A DNA stretch of 64,000 nt, from NCBI GenBank assembly GCA_003171335.1, contig PMYD01000025.1:2682-66681 (forward strand), written 5' to 3'. The notes under the pieces were generated by a model that did no database searches, was not told the origin of the DNA, and was given only the letters and a program-made list of their open reading frames with translations. The translations under genes and the position numbers were made by a program. Positions 1 to 9,165 of the stretch are shown here, piece by piece (position 1 is the first letter of the stretch; every line of letters begins with the position of its first letter). This DNA is from Phycisphaerales bacterium. Its GTDB lineage: Bacteria; Planctomycetota; Phycisphaerae; SM23-33; FEN-1343.

Positions 1-2360
1 TCGGTGCGCTCGACCTTGCCGTCGCCGTTGCCGCCGTTCACCTTGTCATCATACGTGGCGATGAAGTCGGCCACGCGGTTGTCGCTGTGCAGCTCGTTGA
101 TCTGCACGTTCTGACTGGCCAATTCGGTGAATCCCATGGCCGCGGCCCGTTCCTTCAGCAGCCGCTCGACGCGGGCATCATTGGGCAGCTTGCCGTCGAT
201 CAACGCATCGTCGGCCAGGCGCACCACGGCGCGCGAGCCCTGGCGAAATTCAATGCCCAGCAGGCTCTTGCCCTGGACGCACAGGGCGATGATGCCGGCG
301 ACCAGCAGGCATCCGGAAATCACCCAGAAGGCGTGCCACTGGGCGAACCAGTTGATCTTCGGCACGCCGATCAGCCGCAGCATGGACAGGTGGTTTTTCA
401 GCAGGCCGTGGTCCACCATCCAGTCGAAGCACCAGCGCGTGACCAGCAGCGAGGTAAAGAGGCTGATCACCAAGCCGATGCACAAGGTCATGCCGAAGCC
501 GCGGATTTCCTGCGTGCCCACCCACGCCAGCACGATACAGGTGATGATCGTGGTCACGTGGGTGTCGATAATGGCCCGGAAGGCGCGCTCATACGCGTGC
601 TTCAGGGCGGTCTTGAGGGAATCGGTGCGCGCCTGCTCTTCGCGCAGGCGTTCGAAAATCAGCACGTTGGCATCCACCGCCATGCCGCACGTCAGGATCA
701 AGCCGGCGATGCCCGGCAGCGTGAGCACCACGTCGAAGGCCGCCATCGCCGCCAGGGCGAAGAAGACGTTGAGCGACAGGGCGAAGTCGGCCACCAGGCC
801 GCCGAACAGGTAGTACGCCGCCATGAAGCCCGCCACCGCCAGCAGGCCCACGTAGGCCGCGCGCTGGCCGCGAACGATGTTGGCGGCGCCCAGGGTCGGG
901 CCCACCGACTGCACGGCCACCGGGTCGGGATTGACCTTGGCCCGCAAGGCGCCGGCGTTGAGCGTGCGGCACAGCTCGGTCACTTCGGCGTTGGAGAAGT
1001 TGCCCGTAATGATGCCTTCGCCGAAGATCTGCGACCTGATATTGGGCGCCGAATAGACTTCATCATCCAGCAGAATCGCCATCGGCTCGGCGATGTGCGC
1101 GCCGGTCAGCTCGGCGAAGAGCGACTTGCCGTTTTGCTTGAACGCAAACTGCACCACGGGCTTGCCGTCCTCGGACCACGGGCGGGCCTGGTCCAGGTCC
1201 CAGGGCTTGTCGCTCTTGCCGCGCAGCATGCGGCTGCCCGGCTCATCCGACAGCAGCACGTACTTCTGACCGCCCAGGGTCTCCGTGACGCCCGCCACGT
1301 TGGGGTCGCGCGTCACGAACCACTGGAAGCGGTCGCGCCGGTCATGCCCCGGCTGGGGACCGCTGCGGGCAAGCTGCTCTTTGTATTGCTGGACCTCGTC
1401 CGCCGTGATGGTCTTGCCGGGAATCGGCACAATGCGGAATTCCAGCACGCCGGCGCGGCGGATCAGGCGGATCAGGTCCTCCGGGTCATCCAGCCGGCCG
1501 CGGACGTCGGCCCATTGAATGTACTTGGTCTTGATGGCCTCGATCTTGTCCGCCACCAGCGGGTAGCGGTCCTTGAACTCCGCCATGCGCTGGTCGAAGA
1601 GCTTGTTGCGCTCCTGGACATCGGTTTGCTTCATGCCTTCGGCGGCGTTGCGCGAGATGAAAATGCCCAGGATGTTGGACAGCTCGCGCGTGTTGAGGTT
1701 CTTGTCGCGGATGGCGGTGAGCTGCTGGTTGTACTGCCCGCGCAGCTCGTCGTAGTTGCCGCGCAGCTCGTCGATCTTCGTCTGGAACTCATCCGCCTGC
1801 GCGCGGCCTTCGGCCCCTTTGGCGCGGGCGGCGGCGAGTTGATCCTGGAGCTCCTTGAGGGGCTTGTCGATGCGGGCCATCTCGGCCGTCATCCGGTCGT
1901 ACAGGTCGGCGGCCTCCTGAAGCATCTTGCCGCGCTCGGTTGCAAGGCCCACCTTCTCCTTGATGAGCTGCGCGCGGTGCTCCGCATCGCTGTTCATGAT
2001 GGAGCGGATCGTCGCCGGGTCGATGTTGTACTCGCCCAGGTCTTCCAGGGCCTTGAGGTACTCGGCCTTGTACGTGCGGGCCTGGGCCGAGCCCACGGGC
2101 ATGCGCACTTCCAGGCGGTCGGCGCCGGAGGGTCGCCACGACAGGTTCTTGATGCCCTGCGGGTCGACGCGCTCCTGGAGCGTGGAGATGACCTGCGTCA
2201 GCATGGCCCGATCGCCGCCGGTATCGACCTTGAAGACCAGGCTATGCCCGCCTTCGAGGTCCATGCCCTTGCGGATGGGCCTAGTCAGCAGCGCCACCGC
2301 GCCGATGGCCATCAAAACGGCCAGCAGCCCAAAGCGTATTCCCAGAGGTTTGTTCTTCAT
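1..2360 (-). CDS. secDF: protein translocase subunit SecDF (fused SecD-SecF); 3' end lies beyond window start
   Basis: Minus-strand translation from ATG (complement of 2358-2360, GGGAGA-like SD upstream) reads [22 protein letters not shown].... It contains SecD C-terminal TM motifs ..[27 protein letters not shown].. and ..[30 protein letters not shown].., then runs on into a SecF-like segment (..[29 protein letters not shown]..). The + strand ORF 87..2438 is its antisense shadow. Confidence 0.85.
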   Translation of the reverse strand, partial: [786 protein letters not shown]

Positions 2361-2569
2361 GATTTCTCCCAAGATGGTCCCGCGACCGCCGAAATGTCGG
2401 CCAAATCGCGGTTAACTGGCTATTGGTTAATCGGTTAATCGGTTCGTTGGCTGAACGTGAAGGGTCAGTTCGTGAATTGGTCAATTAGTCAATGGGTCAA
2501 TTTGGAAAGGCCGAAAACGCCTCGGCAAAGAAAGCCGCCGCATGGCTCATGCATTTTCCAATTAACCGA

Positions 2570-3112
2570 TCAACCGATTAACCCATCAACGGGTCTCGGC
2601 GGGCTTCTGCCGGCGAGATGCTCGGCGAGGATTCGTACAGGAAGGCAGGGTGTTTCGGTGAGTTGTTCAAAAGGTCGCCACGCCGGCCGTTCGGCAAGGG
2701 TTACCTGGCCGGTGAGGGCCGGCCCCAGCGCCATAGCCGCGGCGGCGGCGGGGGTGTCTTTGGCACAGAAAACCGCCTCGGCCGAACCGATGGCCGTGCC
2801 CGACGTGGGCAGCGGCAGCGGCAGGCCGTGGCGATGGGCCCAGTCTGTAAGCGCCTGGGGTAGCGCGCCGGCGCCATCCAGGCGGATGACAACCTGGCCG
2901 GCTGGGCTGGTGAAAATCTGCCCGCCGGCGGCCTTGACCAGTTGGGCCAGCTCCGCCCGCGCTATCTCCGAGAACAGCGCGCTGGTGCGCAGCTCCCGCC
3001 ACGGGCGGCCGGCCGCCGGCGAACCAACCAGGCTCGCCAGGATCAGCACGCCCACCAGAACCGCCAGGGCGGCGGAGGGACTACTTGTTTTCTTCCTTCT
3101 TCTCAGCCTCAT
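2570..3112 (-). CDS. hypothetical protein with N-terminal hydrophobic segment, between yajC and secDF
   Basis: 180-aa ORF starting at a verified ATG (complement of 3110-3112): MRLRRRKKTSSPSAALAVLVGVLILASLVG.... Its first ~11 codons overlap the yajC 3' end in another frame. No recognisable domain; the start may be further downstream. Confidence 0.3.
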   Translation of the reverse strand: MRLRRRKKTSSPSAALAVLVGVLILASLVGSPAAGRPWRELRTSALFSEIARAELAQLVKAAGGQIFTSPAGQVVIRLDGAGALPQALTDWAHRHGLPLPLPTSGTAIGSAEAVFCAKDTPAAAAAMALGPALTGQVTLAERPAWRPFEQLTETPCLPVRILAEHLAGRSPPRPVDGLIG

Positions 3113-3647
3113 CCGCTGTACCTATCAGGCGAATAGCCGAGCGCACGAACCGCATCCGCGCGTTGGAGGCCTCGTCGACCTTGACCACGACCTCGTTCTC
3201 GCGGACCTCGACGATTGTGCCTATGATACCGCCGATGGTCGTGATTTTGTCGCCTTTCTTGAGATTCGACAGCATTTCCCGGCGCTTCTTCTCTTCCTGG
3301 CGGGGCTTGCGGCCCATCAGCAGGAAGACCAGCAGCAGCACGGCCAGCATGATGTACAGCATGTACTGCTGGTAGCCGCCTTTCTGATCGGCCGGCCCGG
3401 AGGTCGGACCCGCACCGGTTTGGCCGCCGGCGGCCGGGCCTGTGGCGGCATTATTCGCCGGGCCCGCTGGGGCTGCGGGCGGGGTGGCTGCAGGGGCGGC
3501 CGCCGGCTGGTTGGCTTCCGGTGCGGCCGTGGGAGCGCCGCCGCCGCGGTCGGGCGCCTGGGCCAGCACTACGGGGCTTGCCATCGCCACCAACAGCACC
3601 GCGACAAACACCGCTGCGACCGGCCACAAACGCTTGCTATTGAGCAT
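3081..3647 (-). CDS. yajC: preprotein translocase subunit YajC with a long Pro/Ala-rich N-terminal extension
   Basis: YajC core ..MLAVLLLVFLLMGRKPRQEEKKRREMLSNLKKGDKITTIGGIIGTIVEVRENEVVVKVDE.. sits upstream of secDF. Start ATG is the complement of 3645-3647 (MLNSKRLWPVAAVFVAVLLVAMA...). The ORF-track start at 3779 adds an unlikely extension. Confidence 0.8.
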   Translation of the reverse strand: MLNSKRLWPVAAVFVAVLLVAMASPVVLAQAPDRGGGAPTAAPEANQPAAAPAATPPAAPAGPANNAATGPAAGGQTGAGPTSGPADQKGGYQQYMLYIMLAVLLLVFLLMGRKPRQEEKKRREMLSNLKKGDKITTIGGIIGTIVEVRENEVVVKVDEASNARMRFVRSAIRLIGTADEAEKKEENK

Positions 3648-3815
3648 TTCCAGTTCCTTATGTGTTTTCGATGCCTGACCCAAGAAGGGACGCGTCAGGA
3701 CGAATCCGTATTGTGGCCGGAAGACCCGCCCGCCGTCAACAGTCCATCTGGAGAAAGCGGCAAAAGGAGGGCACGACAAAAAGGTGGCAGGTCAGCGCAT
3801 GCCGCAATCCGGGTC

Positions 3816-6800
3816 TTACAGCCGCACCGCCAGCGGCGATGCCCCCTCCAGGATATCCAGGGGCCCGGAAGCGGGCCCAGCCGCATCGGCGCTGCTGTCC
3901 GGCGAATCGCTCAGTCCCTGATTCATCGCCGCCGGGGCGCCCATGGCGAAGACCACCGGGGAAACAGGGGCTGCCGTCGCGGTGGGGGGCGCGAGTATGG
4001 AGAGAGCCGGTTTTGGAGGCTCGGCGAGCAGCGCCGGGGCCGGGGCGATGCGGGTCAAGGCGGCGGCCTGCGGCGGATAGGCCGCAAGCATGGGTGCAAC
4101 TTGGCCTATAACCGGCTGCTCCGATGCGGAGGGAATATTCTGCACGGCCGGCGAGTCGGGCAGAAGCGTGACGGTCTGCACGCTGGAGGGGGCCAGCGGG
4201 TGGTAGTTGGTTTGCCAGATCAGGAAATCGGCGCCGTTGACCATGCTATCGCCGTTGGCATCGCCCTGCGACCAGGAGGCGCCGCTGAGCGTGGGATAGT
4301 TCTGCTGCCAGAGGAGGAAATCGTGGCCGGTCACATCGCCGGAGAGATCAAAATCGCCGGGCGTGGTCTTCAGAATCGTCCCAATGAGATAATCGCGGTC
4401 GGCGGCATCGACGCAGCCATCCCCGTTCAGGTCGTATTGGGGATCGGTGCTGCCGGCGCGAATCGCGGCCGAAAGCGCGTCGATGTCGGCGGCGTTTACT
4501 ATCATGTCCCTATTGATATCCCCCGGGATCACCGGCCCGTGGAATCTCCGGGCCAAAATGAGCGATTGACCGCCGAGGGGCACGTACTGCCGCCAGGCGA
4601 GGGTGAAATCCCCATCGGGGGCCATCGCCACCACGGGGTCGTAGGTCTTCTGGTTGTACACGCTGCTCACCAGAAGCACCGCGCCGGTCAGCGGCTGATT
4701 CTGCCCATCCAGCATGACGCCCCAGATGCCAAAGCCGCCGCAGCAGCCGCTGGGCCAGACGACCTCCATATCGCCGCGCGCATCCATCGCCAGATCGGCG
4801 GCGTGGAAGGTGTAATTGGGGGTTTCAACCACCTCCACCGTGCTGCCGGCGGCCTGGCCGAGCCGGTCGTACCGCTGCACGTCGATTTGCGAATCGCCCT
4901 CATCGTGTCGCCACAGGATGGCATAGTTGCCGGCATCATCGACGGCCACGGCCGGGTCCTGGTTCGTACCACTGGCGGGTGGGGCGATGGCGGTGTCCAG
5001 GTCGATCGTGCCATCGGGCTTCAGCCGCCGCACGCCAAAGCCGCCCTGGCCGGTAGAGCCAAGCTGCCAGATGATGGTGATCTCGCCGGCCGCATCGATG
5101 TCCACATCCGGTTTGCACGGCAAATTGGGATCGCCGGCCGGCACGCTGGCCACGAGCAGGCGCGGCCCGGCGGCTGCGCCCAGCGGCGTAAAGAGCTGCG
5201 CGTACACGTCGGTAGCCGCCAGCGCCGAATCGGACTGAACCCACACGGCAACGGAATTTCCGCCCGGACCCGAGGCCAGGGCCACAGCGCCGGAAATGCC
5301 CGGCAGGGAGTAATCCAGCATCTGTATTTCGGCCGGTGTGGCGCCATTGGGCTGAATCGTCGAATGAAAAACGCCCTCCTGGCCGGCGGCATCGAGTGTC
5401 CACAGGAGATGGGTTGTGCCATCATCCGCCACGCCGATGGCCGGGTTGTACTGCCGGGCATCGCCGCCGACCATGACCAGCTCGGGCGCGCCGGCGGTCG
5501 TCGCATCGGGGGACAGATCACGGTAGAGCAATCCGGTGGCGCCGGTGGAGGTGTCGGTTACTGTGCAGCTCAAGCGCCAAAAAGGAGCAAGGCCAAAGCC
5601 GGGTGGCACTTCGATTTTGACGTCGGTGAATTGGTTGGACCCGTCAAGGTGCCAGAGCAGCGTGGCCGGGCCGGTGGGATTGCCGGTGGCATCGAGCTTG
5701 AGGCCGTAAACATCCTGCGTGCCGGACTTCCAAACCGCCAGGGAACCGTCCCATGCTTTAGCGATTGATGGATCATCGACCTCCTGCTGATTGCCGGATG
5801 CCAACGTCGTGGCCGGCTGGTAACCCACGGGGTTGCCTTGGCCGGAATAGCCGACTTGCTGCACGCGAATGCGGGTTGCGCCGGTTGAGGCCTGGTATTC
5901 CCGCCAGATGAGCAAACCCGGACTCGTTGCCTCGATCGCCGCTATTTGCGGTTGTGAGACCGTCCATCCGGTCTCGTAGTCTATATTCGGCATCGGCGAT
6001 GCAAGAGCTGGCATGTCAGAAGCGAGGCCAAGGGTCGGCGTGACACACTGCGCACAAATTTCCGGCCCGGCGGCACCCTGCCGGCACCATGAGAAGAAGA
6101 GCGACGGCCCGCTGGAGACGGACAAGTCCGTCAGCGGTTCATAACTCGCCGGACTGATGATCGCCGTGCCATAAAAGCGTTGCGCAACAACCGAATAGGT
6201 GAATGTGCCCAAGTCATACTGGATCCAAGCGAATAACCTCCCCTGCACATCTTGCGTTACTACAGGATTTGAAATCAAAACCAAAGGTCCCCCGTTGGCT
6301 TGGATAGTCAAGCATCGGCTTGCGCCCAAGCGCGATGCCAGAATATCGCCTTGACCAGTCGGCTCTTGCGAAATGGCGGTCCCATCAGTGGAGACTGACA
6401 TAGTCAGGGGCGAGCTGCCGCCCAATCCGGCGGCAAGGCAAACCGAGGTAGAGGGCAGAATCGCACTACTTCTCCAATAGTAAAGAGAGCTACTGGATGT
6501 TCCTTGTTCCAGCCAGGCAATGGCGTTGTTCGGGTGTTCTGGCACCAAGGAAAGTTGCGACACGGACTCGACCGGCTGCTGGCACATGAACGGCCCTGCC
6601 GGAACCCAGCCCACAGTTTCAAAGTTGTAATCGCTAGTCCAAACATGCTTCTGGCCATTGGCGGTAGCTGTCCATCCCACGGTGACTTCGCCGGTGGATT
6701 GCATGGCAAGGGCCGGCTGCGAAACGGGTGCCTCGGCCACCAGATATTGGGCGCCGAAAACAGCGCCGGAGGTGGCGTAAAGCTGTAGACGAATGCCACC

Positions 6801-7514
6801 CGCATCGTTCCACGCGACGGCGAAGTCGCCCGAATCGCACGCCACCACGGGCATCATGTCCCACGAGGAAGGTCCGGTGGCAATCTGCAGATCGGCGGGC
6901 CAGACGGGCGAGCCGGACTTGTCGAGCTTGCGGGCCCAAACCGTCATCTGGCCGGCTTGCGAGTCGAGTTGCTCCCAGACGATGTACAGGTTGTCGCTGG
7001 CATCCAGGGCCAGGGCCACATCGCCCAGGGGTTTTCCATCGGAGGCGGCGGAGGTGACGATGTCGCCGCCGCCGGCTTGGGAAATGTCGCCGGCCGAATA
7101 GCGCCACACGGTGATGCGGTCCAGGCCGTCCGCCTGGCTGCTGGAAAGCCAGGCGACGGCGTAATCGCCGTTGGCGTTCATGGCGGCGGCCACGTGGCGA
7201 ACCATGACTTCGGGGCCGGGCGTGGCGAGTTCAAAGATGGGCGATTCGGGCCAGCCGTCAAAGCCGATGTGCTCGGCATACAGGCCGACGTTGCCGCCGC
7301 TGCGGAACCAGGCGGCGATTTCGCCGGTGTAGCTGCCGGCCACGGCGCCCGAGAGGATATAGTCCTGGTCGAAGGTGGGGCCGATGGTGAAGGCCGGTCC
7401 CAGCGGGTCGGCCGCCGCCAGGAGCAGCCGGCTTTCGAGGTTTTCGCAGCCGGCAAACGCCCCCGCGGCGGCTGCCGGCCGGCCGTTGCGAAACGCGCTG
7501 CGTGTCCCGCCCAT
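3816..7514 (-). CDS. giant secreted repeat protein with C-terminal dockerin-type Ca-binding repeats and a Pro/Ala-rich tail
   Basis: Start ATG is the complement of 7512-7514, preceded by an AGGAGG SD. The N-terminus MGGTRSAFRNGRPAAAAGAFAGCENLESRLLLAAADP carries the planctomycete-type ..LE.R.LLS/A.. secretion motif. Dockerin-like repeats appear near the C-terminus: DINRDMIVNAADIDAL..DLNGDGCVDAADRDYL..GDANGDSMVNGADFLIWQ. The 64 extra N-terminal residues in the ORF track (RWWHRLSACVL twice) are just the upstream tandem repeat read in frame. Confidence 0.7.
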   Translation of the reverse strand: MGGTRSAFRNGRPAAAAGAFAGCENLESRLLLAAADPLGPAFTIGPTFDQDYILSGAVAGSYTGEIAAWFRSGGNVGLYAEHIGFDGWPESPIFELATPGPEVMVRHVAAAMNANGDYAVAWLSSSQADGLDRITVWRYSAGDISQAGGGDIVTSAASDGKPLGDVALALDASDNLYIVWEQLDSQAGQMTVWARKLDKSGSPVWPADLQIATGPSSWDMMPVVACDSGDFAVAWNDAGGIRLQLYATSGAVFGAQYLVAEAPVSQPALAMQSTGEVTVGWTATANGQKHVWTSDYNFETVGWVPAGPFMCQQPVESVSQLSLVPEHPNNAIAWLEQGTSSSSLYYWRSSAILPSTSVCLAAGLGGSSPLTMSVSTDGTAISQEPTGQGDILASRLGASRCLTIQANGGPLVLISNPVVTQDVQGRLFAWIQYDLGTFTYSVVAQRFYGTAIISPASYEPLTDLSVSSGPSLFFSWCRQGAAGPEICAQCVTPTLGLASDMPALASPMPNIDYETGWTVSQPQIAAIEATSPGLLIWREYQASTGATRIRVQQVGYSGQGNPVGYQPATTLASGNQQEVDDPSIAKAWDGSLAVWKSGTQDVYGLKLDATGNPTGPATLLWHLDGSNQFTDVKIEVPPGFGLAPFWRLSCTVTDTSTGATGLLYRDLSPDATTAGAPELVMVGGDARQYNPAIGVADDGTTHLLWTLDAAGQEGVFHSTIQPNGATPAEIQMLDYSLPGISGAVALASGPGGNSVAVWVQSDSALAATDVYAQLFTPLGAAAGPRLLVASVPAGDPNLPCKPDVDIDAAGEITIIWQLGSTGQGGFGVRRLKPDGTIDLDTAIAPPASGTNQDPAVAVDDAGNYAILWRHDEGDSQIDVQRYDRLGQAAGSTVEVVETPNYTFHAADLAMDARGDMEVVWPSGCCGGFGIWGVMLDGQNQPLTGAVLLVSSVYNQKTYDPVVAMAPDGDFTLAWRQYVPLGGQSLILARRFHGPVIPGDINRDMIVNAADIDALSAAIRAGSTDPQYDLNGDGCVDAADRDYLIGTILKTTPGDFDLSGDVTGHDFLLWQQNYPTLSGASWSQGDANGDSMVNGADFLIWQTNYHPLAPSSVQTVTLLPDSPAVQNIPSASEQPVIGQVAPMLAAYPPQAAALTRIAPAPALLAEPPKPALSILAPPTATAAPVSPVVFAMGAPAAMNQGLSDSPDSSADAAGPASGPLDILEGASPLAVRL

Positions 7515-7540
7515 GCTCCTTCCTCCTGATCCGTCCGAAC

Positions 7541-7606
7541 GAAGAACACAGGCTGAAAGCCTGTGCCACCACCGAAGAACACAGGCTGAAAGCCTGTGCC
7601 ACCACC
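7541..7606. repeat. perfect tandem duplication of a 33-bp unit (GAAGAACACAGGCTGAAAGCCTGTGCCACCACC), each holding the hairpin CACAGGCT-GAA-AGCCTGTG
   Basis: Two identical adjacent copies read directly, about 27 nt upstream of the start codon of the giant secreted protein gene. Part of the GGTGGCACAGGCT..AGCCTGTGCCACC REP-like family. Confidence 0.85.
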
Positions 7607-7715
7607 GCCGTGCCCCCCGGTCACAGATACGACTGATTATAAACCCGATTTGCGCCGGCGCAGCGTCAAAATCTTCGCCGCGAAGATCCCGGGTGCACGC
7701 CAATATTTGGCATCA

Positions 7716-7855
7716 GGTGGCATGCCCTCACGACGAAGGCCGCCTTTGGCGGCCGAGGCGGGTGGGCATGTCTTGCGGATGCGGCACATCTTGTTTCACC
7801 GAACGCCCATGCCCACCCGTCCGGTGCTTGCGCCCCATCCGTGAGGGCATGCCAC
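7716..7855. repeat. nested-palindrome element, copy 1 of 3 (outer IR GGTGGCATGCCCTCACG/CGTGAGGGCATGCCAC; inner IR GGGTGGGCATG/CATGCCCACCC)
   Basis: Read directly. Same architecture recurs at 10217..10358 and 27519..27642, with different loop sequences but the same stems. Confidence 0.85.
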
Positions 7856-7883
7856 ATCCAGACCTGGGGTCGCGATTCTTGTG

Positions 7884-8906
7884 TTAGAATCCGTAGAAGA
7901 CGGACATCTCGCGCAGGCTCTTGACGGGCACTTTGCTGGCCCAGCCGGCCTGGCCGAAGGCGATCATGCGCTCCCGGCACACCCGCTTCATATTGTCGCG
8001 TGCGGGGCCGAGGTACTTGCGCGGGTCGAATTCTTCCGGCTTGGTGGCGAAGACCTTTCGGATGGCGGCGGTGATGGCCATGCGGTTGTCCGTGTCCACG
8101 TTGATCTTCCGCACGCCGTTCTTGATGCCGCGCTGGATCTCCTCGACGGGCACGCCGTAGGTCTGCTTCATCTTGCCGCCGTACTTGTTGATCTCGTCCT
8201 GCAGTTCCTGCGGCACGCTGGAGGAGCCGTGCATCACCAGGTGCGTGTTGGGCAGCCGCTTGTGGATCTCTTCGATGCGGCTCATCACCAGCACCTCGCC
8301 GGTGGGTTTCTGCGTGAACTTGTAGGCCCCGTGGCTTGTGCCGATGGCGACGGCCAAGGCATCGACGCCGGTTTCCTTGACGAAGCGCTCGGCGTCGTTG
8401 GGGTCGGTGAGGTGCTTGAGCGCATCGGCCGCGGAGAGGCCGGCCCCGTGGCCATCCTCGATGCCCCCGAGCGTGCCGATCTCGCCCTCGACGGATACGC
8501 CCATGGCATGGGCCACATCGACCACCTGCCTGGTGACCTTGACGTTCTCGGCGTAGGTGGTGGGGGTCTTGGAATCGGCCTTCAGCGACCCATCCATCAT
8601 GACGGAGGTAAAACCGTAGGCGATGGCCGAGAAGCACGTGGAGGGGCTGTTGCCGTGGTCCTGGTGCATGACGATGGGCAGCTCGGGGTAGAGTTCGGCG
8701 GCGGCGATCATGAGGTGCCGCAGGAAATTATCGTTGGTGAACTCGCGGGCGCCGCGGCTGGCCTGGACGATGACCGGGCTTTCCGTCTCCCGGGCGGCCT
8801 CCATGATGGCCTGGATCTGCTCCATGTCGTTGACGTTCAGGGCGGCGACGCCGTAGTTGTTCTCGGCCGCATGGTCCAGCAGCACGCGCAGTGGGATAAG
8901 AGGCAT
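7884..8906 (-). CDS. fba: fructose-bisphosphate aldolase, class II
   Basis: 340 aa from a verified ATG (complement of 8904-8906). Class II FBA hallmarks: ..HQDHGNS.., ..[12 protein letters not shown].., ..[11 protein letters not shown].., ..HGSSSVPQE... Confidence 0.9.
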   Translation of the reverse strand: MPLIPLRVLLDHAAENNYGVAALNVNDMEQIQAIMEAARETESPVIVQASRGAREFTNDNFLRHLMIAAAELYPELPIVMHQDHGNSPSTCFSAIAYGFTSVMMDGSLKADSKTPTTYAENVKVTRQVVDVAHAMGVSVEGEIGTLGGIEDGHGAGLSAADALKHLTDPNDAERFVKETGVDALAVAIGTSHGAYKFTQKPTGEVLVMSRIEEIHKRLPNTHLVMHGSSSVPQELQDEINKYGGKMKQTYGVPVEEIQRGIKNGVRKINVDTDNRMAITAAIRKVFATKPEEFDPRKYLGPARDNMKRVCRERMIAFGQAGWASKVPVKSLREMSVFYGF

Positions 8907-8950
8907 TGAAGTTCTCTTTCTTTTCTTGGGTTAAACGGAATACCAGGGAA

Positions 8951-8995
8951 TTCTCGCAGAGGAATTGCAAATTGCAAATCGCAAATTGCAAATTT
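8951..8995. repeat. heptamer array (AATTGCA-type, 5+ units) about 50 bp upstream of the fba start
   Basis: GGAATTGCAAATTGCAAATCGCAAATTGCAAATTTAACGG, an AT-rich tandem-heptad tract in a GC-rich genome. Related arrays flank palindromic elements at 18430..18551 and 18993..19115. Confidence 0.7.
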
Positions 8996-9165
8996 AACGG
9001 CCGCACGCGGACGGGCAAGCCGCGTGCATAGGCTTGGGTGCCGTGGCTTGCGGAGCGCAGCGCAGCAACCACGACGACGGCGATGCAGAGCACGCGTGGT
9101 TGCTTCGGTCGCCGCAGCGACCTGTCCGCCATACTTCGGCGAATCCTGCGGAGAATGCCATCTGG

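Noticed and set aside
87-2438. 783-aa + strand ORF (and the similar long + ORFs 2457..5768, 10383..11750, 12433..14010, 14113..15726, 16498..17526, 17614..18840, 19002..20114, 25659..26705, 27675..29393 minus, etc.)
   Set aside because: They run antisense to, or out of frame with, well-supported genes (secDF, the dockerin protein, hydF, aspA-like, hydG, HydS-HK, hydA, GT39, HEAT protein). Their translations are Arg/Ala/Gly/Pro-rich low-complexity strings typical of GC-rich shadow ORFs.
3648-7703. ORF-track starts at 3779 (yajC) and 7703 (giant protein), and TTG/GTG 'M' starts at 11603, 13212, 38549, 52320, 55361
   Set aside because: Downstream ATGs with SD sequences and conserved N-terminal lengths are more plausible. 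The 7703 extension is a translated tandem repeat. The 13212 start lies inside a heptamer array.
7596-7844. Small ORFs inside the nested-palindrome elements sharing peptides such as MPSRRRPP, MPTRPVL, REGMPP (also 10223..10552, 27404..27742, 27525..27710)
   Set aside because: The shared peptides simply reflect the shared DNA repeat read in-frame. There are no RBS, no consistent frame or ends between copies, and the stems are what is conserved.
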